NCBI GenBank assembly: GCA_019695375.1
Contig: JAIBAC010000001.1
Location: 25,638 to 89,637 of the forward strand
DNA length: 64,000 bases
Source: Acidimicrobiia bacterium
GTDB lineage: Bacteria; Actinomycetota; Acidimicrobiia; UBA2766
Direction of reading: 5' to 3'
In this document: piece after piece, positions 57,036 to 64,000 of the stretch
Position numbering within the stretch: position 1 is the first letter of the stretch
Layout: each line of letters starts with the position of its first letter
Position numbers and translations under genes: made by a program
The notes under the pieces: generated by a model
What the model was told of the DNA's origin: nothing
The model's database searches: none
The model's input: only the letters and a program-made list of their open reading frames with translations

Positions 57036-57725
57036 ATGACCGATCAGCAACTCGAGACCGTCGCGCAGAGCTCGAACGGCTCCCGGCCCCAGTCCGGGCT
57101 CGAACCACTCGGAGCCGGCCCCGACAGGGGATCGTCGCGTCTGCTCATGGCACTCGTCGCAGTGCTCCTGATCGGCCTCGTCGTCGCTGCCGTGCTGGTC
57201 GGCGGCGTCGGGACGTCCGACGACGACGCCTCCACGTCTGCGCCGGCGTCGACGACCGCACCCACATCCCCGGCGGTGGCGCCGCACGAGCCCGAGATCG
57301 AGTACCCGGACCAGACCCCCGGTCCCGCGCCGGACTTCGACTTCACGACCTTCGACGGCAGGCAGGTGTCGCTCGCGGCGCTGCGCGGCTCGCCCGTGGT
57401 GTTGAACTTCTGGGCGTCGTGGTGCGTGCCGTGCCGCAAGGAGATGCCCGCCTTCCAGCAGCTCTCCGACGAGCTCGCGGGGCGCGTCTCGTTCGTGGGC
57501 CTCGCATCCCAGGACGGCGAGGCCGATGCCCGTCGCTTCGCCGAGGCGAACTCGATCGACTACACGCTCGGGCTCGCCCCCGACGGCCTCGCGGATTCGA
57601 TGGGGGTCTTCGGCCTGCCGTCCACGTTCCTCATCGACACCAACGGGTCGATCGTCGACGCCCACTTCGGCGAGCTCTCACACGACGAGCTCCTCGCCAA
57701 GCTGCAGCGCTACGGCTTCGCCTAG
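57036..57725 (+). CDS. TlpA/ResA-family membrane-anchored thiol-disulfide oxidoreductase
   Basis: WASWCVPC thioredoxin-fold active site after N-terminal TM anchor. Confidence 0.8.
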   Translation: MTDQQLETVAQSSNGSRPQSGLEPLGAGPDRGSSRLLMALVAVLLIGLVVAAVLVGGVGTSDDDASTSAPASTTAPTSPAVAPHEPEIEYPDQTPGPAPDFDFTTFDGRQVSLAALRGSPVVLNFWASWCVPCRKEMPAFQQLSDELAGRVSFVGLASQDGEADARRFAEANSIDYTLGLAPDGLADSMGVFGLPSTFLIDTNGSIVDAHFGELSHDELLAKLQRYGFA

Positions 57726-58198
57726 ACGTCCGAGGACTCGGCCACCGCCTTGAGACGGGCCAGGCCCTTCTCGAAATCCCTGCCCACGGCCTTGTCCATC
57801 GACCAGAAGATCGACATGACCCGCGTCATGAACGTCTTCCTGCCCGTCATGGCCCATGTGACCCTGGTTCCGTCGTCTGCTGGCGCGAGTGTGAACACGA
57901 TGTCGTTGCGCGCCTTGAAGGGCTTGACGAACTCGAGGTCGATGCGGACCTCGGCACCGTCCTCGGCACCGACGATCTTCATCGTCCCTTCTCCGACCTT
58001 CCGGTTGCCCTGCCAGGAGTAGGTCGCGCCGACGCCGGAGTCGGCGCCGCCGTAGGTGCGCGTCATGTTCGCGTCCGTGTCCTCCCACGGCGACCAGCCC
58101 TCCCACCGGTGGAAGTCGACGACTGACTCGTAGATCGTGGCGGCGGGCGCGGCGATGACGATGTCACGCTGCACCGTGTAGGTCTGTTCCATGGTCAC
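57722..58198 (-). CDS. SRPBCC-family (AHSA1/polyketide-cyclase-like) protein
   Basis: 158 aa, fold-level pattern only. Confidence 0.5.
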   Translation of the reverse strand: MTMEQTYTVQRDIVIAAPAATIYESVVDFHRWEGWSPWEDTDANMTRTYGGADSGVGATYSWQGNRKVGEGTMKIVGAEDGAEVRIDLEFVKPFKARNDIVFTLAPADDGTRVTWAMTGRKTFMTRVMSIFWSMDKAVGRDFEKGLARLKAVAESSDV

Positions 58199-58207
58199 GT
58201 CCTGTCT

Positions 58208-58948
58208 TCAGATGGCAGTCAGTCTGTCGAGGCCGAGCCAGGTCATGAATCCGATGATCTGCTGTGACAGCCAGGTGACCTTGCCGAAGACCATCAGGAG
58301 CCCGAAGACAACCATGATCGTCCCTGCGATGGCGTTGATGAGGCGGGCATGGCGCTTGAACCAGCCGAACACGCGGCTCAGCTCGCTGAGCGCGAGGCCC
58401 GAGAGCAGGAACGGGACGCCGAGGCCTGCGGCGTAGGCGACGAGCAGCGCGATCCCGCGGCCCACGCTCGCGGTGGCGGCTGCGAGCGTGAGCACTCCCC
58501 CGAGGATGGGGCCGATGCACGGCGTCCACCCGAACGCGAACGCCATCCCCATCACCGGCGCCCCCCACCCGCCGAGGGAGTCACCCACCCGGAAACGGCG
58601 CTCGCGTTCGAGCCACATCGGCCTCAGGATCCCGGCGAGGAACACCCCGAACACGATGATCACGACCCCGAATGCGATCTCGAACACGCGCTGGTTCCGC
58701 ACCAGGAACTTGCCGACGGTCGCGGCACTCGCGCCGAGGAGGACGAACACCGCCGTGAAACCCGCCATGAACAACGCGACCCCACGCAGCACCTTCAGGC
58801 GCTGCTCCCGCGCGGTCTCGCGCTCCTGCAGCTCCGCGACGGAGACGCCCGTCACTATCGACAGGTATGCGGGTACGAGCGGCAGCACGCACGGCGACAG
58901 GAACGAGATCATCCCCGCGCCGAACGCCGCCAGGAGCGAGACGTCCAC
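58208..58948 (-). CDS. ccdA: cytochrome c-type biogenesis protein CcdA (DsbD-like transmembrane electron transporter)
   Basis: Two conserved Cys in TM1/TM4 (FLSPCVLPLVP, FGWTPCIGPILG); GTG start 58948. Confidence 0.8.
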   Translation of the reverse strand: MDVSLLAAFGAGMISFLSPCVLPLVPAYLSIVTGVSVAELQERETAREQRLKVLRGVALFMAGFTAVFVLLGASAATVGKFLVRNQRVFEIAFGVVIIVFGVFLAGILRPMWLERERRFRVGDSLGGWGAPVMGMAFAFGWTPCIGPILGGVLTLAAATASVGRGIALLVAYAAGLGVPFLLSGLALSELSRVFGWFKRHARLINAIAGTIMVVFGLLMVFGKVTWLSQQIIGFMTWLGLDRLTAI

Positions 58949-58954
58949 CCACCC

Positions 58955-59625
58955 AAACTACAAAGGCGCCCGGCCTGCTCCCCACAAGGCGCTCGGCACT
59001 TCCTCCCACGGACCTCGTGAACCACGTACCTCGACCCGTGGACGTCAAGAGAGGAAGCACCTCGGCCTGCTTTCCACAGAGGCGCTCGGCACTTCCTCCC
59101 ACGGACCTCGTGAACCACGTACCTCGACCCGTGGACGTCAAGAGAGGAAGCACCTCGGCATGCTTTCCACTGAGGCGCTCGGCACTTCCTCCTACGGACC
59201 TCGTGAACCACGTACCTCGACCCGTGGACGTCAAGAGAGGAAGCACCTCGGCCTGCTTTCCCCTGAGGCGCTCGGCGCTTCCTCCTACGGACCTCGTGAA
59301 CCACGTACCTCGACCCGTGGACGTCAAGAGAGGAAGCACCTCGGCCTGCCACTCCACAAGGCGCTCGGCGCTTCCCTCCTACGGACCTCGTGAACCACGT
59401 ACCTCGACCCGTGGACGTCAAGAGAGGAAGCACCTCGGCCTGCCACTCCACAAGGCGCTCGGCGCTTCCCTCCACAAAGGCGCTCGGCGCTTCCTCCTAC
59501 GGACCTTGTGAACCACGTACCTCGACCCGTGGACGTTGAGAGAGGAAGCACCTCGGCCTGCTACCCGTGCCGCTCCAGACAGGAAGCACCTCGGCCTGCC
59601 ACTCCACAAGGCGCTCGGCGAGGTC
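58955..59625. repeat. array of ~7 tandem 93-bp structured repeats (MIRU/VNTR-like), last units degenerate
   Basis: GGCGCTCGGC anchor recurs at 58988, 59081, 59174, 59267, 59360, 59454, 59478 (period 93/94); each unit has nested inverted repeats (CACTTCCTCC..GAGGAAGCAC, CCACG..CGTGG). Confidence 0.9.
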
Positions 59626-60418
59626 ACATACCGCGGAAACGTGGGGGGCGCTTCTCGGCGAAGGCGGCGAGGCCTTCACGCAGGTCGGAAGACGCGCACG
59701 CGGCCTCGGACGCGTTCTTGTGGCGGCTGTACTCGGCATCGGAGTCCGCGAGCCACCAGCTGTCCACGACGGACTGGATGGCGGCCTTGTGGCCGGTGAC
59801 GGACAGCGGTGCTCGTGTCGCAATCCGCTGCGCCCACTCCGTCGCCCGCGACCGCGCGTCGCCGGCGGCGACGACCTCGTGCACGAAACCGAGCGCCGCG
59901 GCACCCTCACCGTCGACGGGATCGCCTGTGAGGAGCAGGCGGCGTGCGGCAGCCGGTCCGAACTCGCACACAAGCCTGTTCAGGTTGACGATGTCGAGTT
60001 GCAGTCCGATGCGGGCCGCAGGGATCCCGATCATCGCGTCGGTGGCCACCACCCGGAGGTCGCACGCAGCGAGCACCTGACAACCGGCACCGAGCGCCGG
60101 CCCCTCGACGCCCGCGACGAAGGGGACACGGAAGTGCGCCATCCGGTCGAGGACGGCCTGGAACAGCGGCAGGAACCCGCCCCTGTCCGAAGAGTCGTCG
60201 AAGTCGCCGAAGTCGGCACCCGCGCAGAACGCCGGCGGATCGCCGACCACGACAACTGCCCGCACGTCAGGAGCAGCCTCGACACGGTCGAGCGCGGCGT
60301 GCAAACGCCCCGTCATCGCGACGCTCAAGGCGTTGCGGCGTGATGGGCGTGTGAGGGTCAGGGTGGCGACGGCTGCGTCGACGGCGACGACCACGTCGCC
60401 CTGTTCGGGCTCAGACAT
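59624..60418 (-). CDS. enoyl-CoA hydratase/isomerase family protein
   Basis: Crotonase fold motifs (FCAGADF, GAGCQVLAACD); start ATG 60418. Confidence 0.8.
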   Translation of the reverse strand: MSEPEQGDVVVAVDAAVATLTLTRPSRRNALSVAMTGRLHAALDRVEAAPDVRAVVVVGDPPAFCAGADFGDFDDSSDRGGFLPLFQAVLDRMAHFRVPFVAGVEGPALGAGCQVLAACDLRVVATDAMIGIPAARIGLQLDIVNLNRLVCEFGPAAARRLLLTGDPVDGEGAAALGFVHEVVAAGDARSRATEWAQRIATRAPLSVTGHKAAIQSVVDSWWLADSDAEYSRHKNASEAACASSDLREGLAAFAEKRPPRFRGM

Positions 60419-60450
60419 GGATCGCAGCGTAGCGAGCCCGCACAACTACC

Positions 60451-60825
60451 TTGCGGGCGGTGGAGGCTGTGGACGCGTTCCTCGAGCGCTTCGGCGTGGA
60501 CGGGCGGCGGGTCCTCGATGTCGGGTGCGGGGACGGCGGCCTCCGCGACCACCTCGAGGCGAACCATCCCGGGTTCCTCTCCTACCTCGGCGTCGACTCC
60601 GCCGATGCCATAGCACGGGCGCGGCGTGCCCATCCCGACGCCCACCGCGACTTCGCCGTGCGCGACGTCGCTGCTGCACCGTTCCCGCCGGGGACCTTCG
60701 ACCTCGTCGTGTCCCTCGGCGGGTCGGGACCACCGATCGCGGACCTCGCGCAGATGGCGACCGTCGCCGCCCTCAGGACCGCTGCCGACGGCACGGCCGA
60801 GTCCGCGACAGGGGGGTCGCGCTAG
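60451..60825 (+). CDS. small class I SAM-dependent methyltransferase-like protein
   Basis: Motif I VLDVGCGDGG; TTG start 60451 (GTG 60468 alternative); only 124 aa so possibly truncated. Confidence 0.45.
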   Translation: MRAVEAVDAFLERFGVDGRRVLDVGCGDGGLRDHLEANHPGFLSYLGVDSADAIARARRAHPDAHRDFAVRDVAAAPFPPGTFDLVVSLGGSGPPIADLAQMATVAALRTAADGTAESATGGSR

Positions 60826-61616
60826 CGGCCCTTCCAGACCGGATCGCGCTTCTGCATGAAGGCCGCGATGCCCTCGGCAGCGTCCTCGGCTGACGTGTTC
60901 ACCGACAGCATCGCCTGCAGATAGGCGAGGGCGGCATCACGGGGCATGTCGCGGGTCGCGTAGTAGGCGTCGCGGCCGAGACGCAGGATGGCCGGCGACT
61001 TCGACGCGAGGATGCCGACGAACTCGGCGACGTCGGCATCGAGCGCCTCCGGCTCGCTCACCGAGCGCACGAACCCGATGCGGGCGGCCTCCGCAGCGCT
61101 CACGCGCCGGCCCGTCATCATCAACTCGAGCGCTGTCTTCGGGGCCATCGCGTCCATGAGCACGACCGAGATCATCATCGGCCACAAGCCGCGGTCGATC
61201 TCCGGTACACCGAACGTCGCCCGCTCCGACGCCATCACGAAGTCGCACGCGAGGGCGAGGCCCATTCCGCCGGCGAGGCAGTAGCCCTGCACACGCGCCA
61301 CGACCGGCTTGCCGAGGCGCCACATGTCGCGGAACAGGTCGGCGAGGTGACCGCGGGCGTGATGGAGATCGAGCGGGCCGGGCAGCTCGTCACCGACGAA
61401 GCTCGCGCCGAGGTCGGCGCCGGCACAGAACGCCTTGTCGCCCGCACCGGTGAGCACGACGGCACCGACGCCGGGATCAGCCTTCGCCGTCGCGAACGCT
61501 TCACGCAGCTCGGCCATCACCTGCGGCGACATCGCGTTGTGGCGTTCCGGCCGGTTGATGGTCACCGTCGCGACACGACCGGCGACGTCGTAGAGGACCG
61601 TCTCGAGCTCGGACAT
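60822..61616 (-). CDS. enoyl-CoA hydratase/isomerase family protein
   Basis: FCAGADL, crotonase fold; start ATG 61616. Confidence 0.8.
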   Translation of the reverse strand: MSELETVLYDVAGRVATVTINRPERHNAMSPQVMAELREAFATAKADPGVGAVVLTGAGDKAFCAGADLGASFVGDELPGPLDLHHARGHLADLFRDMWRLGKPVVARVQGYCLAGGMGLALACDFVMASERATFGVPEIDRGLWPMMISVVLMDAMAPKTALELMMTGRRVSAAEAARIGFVRSVSEPEALDADVAEFVGILASKSPAILRLGRDAYYATRDMPRDAALAYLQAMLSVNTSAEDAAEGIAAFMQKRDPVWKGR

Positions 61617-61627
61617 GGCCCGCGAAG

Positions 61628-64000
61628 CTAGTCCCGGCCTCGGTCCTTCGCTGCCGGAGAACCCTCGACGGCCTCGCGCGGGAACTTCTTCTTGCAGGCG
61701 GTGCAGGTGAGCGTCGCGCCGGCACCGGTCAGCAGACCCCCGCACTCGGGGCAGGGCAGCGCGTGCGGCTTCTCCCACGCCACGAAGTCGCAGTCGGGGT
61801 ACTTGTTGCAGCCGTAGAAGGTCTTGCCCTTCTTGGAGCGACGCGTCACGAGGTCGCCCTCACCGCACTTGGGGCACTTGACCCCTGTCGACTGCTCGAT
61901 GCGCTTGATGTGCTTGCAGTCCGGGTAGCGGCTGCAGCCCAGGAACGCCCCGAAGCGACCCCTGCGCATCTGCATCGTGCCCTCGCCGCACTCGGGGCAG
62001 GTCTCACCGCCACCGTGGGCCTTCGCCTCGGCGAGGTCCTCGTCGAGGGGCCGCGAGTACGTGCACTCCGGGTAGCCGCTGCACGCGATGAACTGGCCGT
62101 AGCGCCCGCGCTTCTTGACGAGCTCGTTCCTGCCGCACTCAGGACAGGTCTCGCCGATCGGCTCGGGTGCCCAGTCGCCGTCGGCCGAGCCGAGAGGGCG
62201 GCTGAAGTCGCACGAGTCCGGGTTGTTGGTGCACGCCACGAAGCGGCGCCCGCGGAACCCGGTGCGGAACTCGAGCGGGGCACCGCACTGCGGGCAGCCG
62301 CCCATGACCTTCTCGATGCGGCGTTCGAGCTCGTCGTGGAACGAACGCACCTCCGGCTTCCACTCGCGCCGGCCGCCCGCGATCTCGTCGAGGTCGGCCT
62401 CCATCGCCGCCGTGAACCCGTAGTCGACGTACTCGGGGAAGTGCTTCGCCAGGAAGTCGCACACCGACGTTCCGATCTCGGTCGGCTGGAAGCGCTTCGC
62501 GTCGAGCAGGACGTACTCGCGCTCCTTGATCGTTCCCAGCGTCGGTGCGTAGGTGGACGGGCGGCCGATGCCGAGCTCCTCGAGCTTCTTGACCAGCGAC
62601 GCCTCCGTGTAGCGCGGCGGCGGCTTGGTCTGGTGCTCGCGCTTTTGAACGCGGCGGGCCGCTAGCGCGTCGCCGCCGTGCAGCTCGGGCAGTCGCGACT
62701 CCTCGTTGCCGGGCGCATCCTCGGCCGACGCGTCGGCCTCTGCGTCGGTGTCGCGGTCCTCCTGGTACACGCGCAGGAAGCCGTCGAAGACGACCGTCTG
62801 GCCGGTGGCGCGCAGCTTGTACACGGTCGCGCGCCCGCTGGGCCTCGCCTCGATGTCGGCAGACACCTGCTGCAGGACCGCGTCGGTCATCTGCGACGCG
62901 ACCGCGCGCTGCCAGATGAGGCGGTACATGCGTTGGAGATCGCGCCCGTCGCGGTGGTCGGCAAGCGCCGCCGCGACCGCGTCGGGGGTGCGCCGCGCCG
63001 ACGTCGGCCGAACCGCCTCGTGCGCCTCCTGCGCCCCCTGGCTACGGGTCTTGTAGGCGCGCACACCGTCGTGGTACCGCTCGCCGTAGGTGTCGCGGAT
63101 CACGTCACCGATCTCGGCCGTGGCGACATCGGAGAGGTTGACCGAGTCGGTGCGCATGTAGGTGATAAGACCGACCTGGCCCTCGCCGGGCATGTCGAGG
63201 CCCTCGTAGAGGATCTGGGCGAGACGCATGGTGCGGCTCGCGCTGTAGCCGAGCTTGCGCGCGGCCTCCTGCTGCAGCGTCGATGTCGTGAACGGTGGCG
63301 TCGGACGGCGCTTGACATCCTTCTTCTTGACGTCGACGACAGCCCACGAGGAGTCCTGCAGGTCCGCGAGGTAGGTGTCGGCGAGCGCCGAGTCCGCGAT
63401 CGCTCCCTTGTAGCGGACCGTCTCGTTCGCCTTCGGGCCGTCGCCCTCAGGCGTGAGCACGAGGCGCGGCCGCGACGTGAACACGAGGTCGTCGTCGTCG
63501 ACGGCGACGAGGCGGGCGTCGAAGGTCTCCTGCGCACCATCCTTCTGCAGGCGCGCCCAGATCGAGTAGTAGTCCTCCGCCTCGAACGCCTCGATCTCAC
63601 GCTCGCGGTCGACCACGAGACGCAGCGCGACCGACTGCACGCGTCCCGCGGACAGCGCGCCCCCGGACTGCAGCGAGTCCCACAGCACCGGCGAGAGGCG
63701 GTAGCCGACGAAGCGGTCGATGATCCGCCGGGCCTGCTGCGCATCGACGAGGGGCATCTCGATCTCGCGCGGGTGCGAGAACGCGTCCTTGATCGCGTCC
63801 TTCGTTATCTCGCTGAACGTCACGCGCTGGGTCGACTCGGGCTTGGCCTTGAGCGCCTCGGCGAGATGCCATGCGATCGCCTCGCCCTCGCGGTCGAGGT
63901 CCGTCGCGAGCCAGAGCGTCTCGGCCTTCTTGAGCTGGGCCTGGAGCTCCTTGACGAGGTCCTTCTTGTCCTTGGGCACGAGGTACTTGACCTCGACGTC
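61628..64000 (-). CDS. topA: DNA topoisomerase I, partial (N-terminal ~100 aa beyond window) with four C-terminal C4 zinc ribbons
   Basis: TOPRIM DxDxEGE (LATDLDREGEAIAWHL), catalytic domain, CPECG/CPKCG x4 zinc ribbons; frame continues to window edge. Confidence 0.9.
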   Translation of the reverse strand, partial: DVEVKYLVPKDKKDLVKELQAQLKKAETLWLATDLDREGEAIAWHLAEALKAKPESTQRVTFSEITKDAIKDAFSHPREIEMPLVDAQQARRIIDRFVGYRLSPVLWDSLQSGGALSAGRVQSVALRLVVDREREIEAFEAEDYYSIWARLQKDGAQETFDARLVAVDDDDLVFTSRPRLVLTPEGDGPKANETVRYKGAIADSALADTYLADLQDSSWAVVDVKKKDVKRRPTPPFTTSTLQQEAARKLGYSASRTMRLAQILYEGLDMPGEGQVGLITYMRTDSVNLSDVATAEIGDVIRDTYGERYHDGVRAYKTRSQGAQEAHEAVRPTSARRTPDAVAAALADHRDGRDLQRMYRLIWQRAVASQMTDAVLQQVSADIEARPSGRATVYKLRATGQTVVFDGFLRVYQEDRDTDAEADASAEDAPGNEESRLPELHGGDALAARRVQKREHQTKPPPRYTEASLVKKLEELGIGRPSTYAPTLGTIKEREYVLLDAKRFQPTEIGTSVCDFLAKHFPEYVDYGFTAAMEADLDEIAGGRREWKPEVRSFHDELERRIEKVMGGCPQCGAPLEFRTGFRGRRFVACTNNPDSCDFSRPLGSADGDWAPEPIGETCPECGRNELVKKRGRYGQFIACSGYPECTYSRPLDEDLAEAKAHGGGETCPECGEGTMQMRRGRFGAFLGCSRYPDCKHIKRIEQSTGVKCPKCGEGDLVTRRSKKGKTFYGCNKYPDCDFVAWEKPHALPCPECGGLLTGAGATLTCTACKKKFPREAVEGSPAAKDRGRD

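Noticed and set aside
58581-59511. ORFs reading through the 93-bp repeat array (e.g. 58581..59357 minus, 58867..59511 plus) as repeat-peptide proteins
   Set aside because: They stay open only because the period is a multiple of 3. They overlap ccdA out of frame, and no RBS or start context is evident, so they are not called as CDS (though translation is not formally excluded).
58955-59625. Possible CRISPR array
   Set aside because: Units are contiguous and near-identical with no unique spacers. The period is 93 bp with internal nested palindromes, and no cas genes are nearby. It is classified as a VNTR/MIRU-like tandem repeat instead.

Overview
This is a high-GC (roughly 70%) actinobacterial-type chromosomal segment that is densely coding (about 70 genes), with many translationally coupled overlaps (ATGA/GTGA). 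The opposite strand of most genes carries long spurious ORFs typical of high-GC DNA; these are ignored here.

Features in order along the window:
- A long minus-strand operon runs from about 10958 down to 1911. It joins lysA, hom and thrC (no thrB) to a complete decaprenyl-phospho-arabinose pathway: a UbiA-family DPPR synthase, DprE1, DprE2 and a HAD hydrolase, with lipoproteins interspersed.
- tRNA-Arg(CCG) with an adjacent truncated VapC, followed by an alkB / TetR / fatty-acyl-reductase-like / methyltransferase block.
- A Fur-family regulator and a znuACB-like metal ABC transporter with a candidate Zur box.
- A compact Gram-positive-style type IV pilus locus: pilB, pilC, two minor pilins, a large Cys-rich PilX-like protein, the major pilin, a convergent pilT and a FIST sensor. 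It is preceded by an LbH acyltransferase and contains a 64-bp tandem hairpin repeat upstream of the pilin gene.
- A fused EtfB-EtfA gene with an EamA transporter, then rpmB and proA.
- whiB1-like and pdtaS in the same order as M. tuberculosis Rv3219/Rv3220c, with a perfect CRP box upstream of whiB. Next to them are two tandem paralogous pseudo-receiver/degenerate-GGDEF genes.
- Two ArsA-family ATPases plus a DUF3107 gene, and an MsrP-like molybdoenzyme with a cytochrome b partner.
- mrp, a SufR-like regulator with a cysteine desulfurase, and a TlpA/CcdA pair.
- A roughly 650-bp array of about seven 93-bp structured tandem repeats (MIRU/VNTR-like).
- Two enoyl-CoA hydratases, and a partial topA carrying four C4 zinc ribbons.

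The items most worth follow-up are the actinobacterial T4aP-like locus with its repeats, the repeat arrays, and the PdtaS-adjacent degenerate REC-GGDEF pair.
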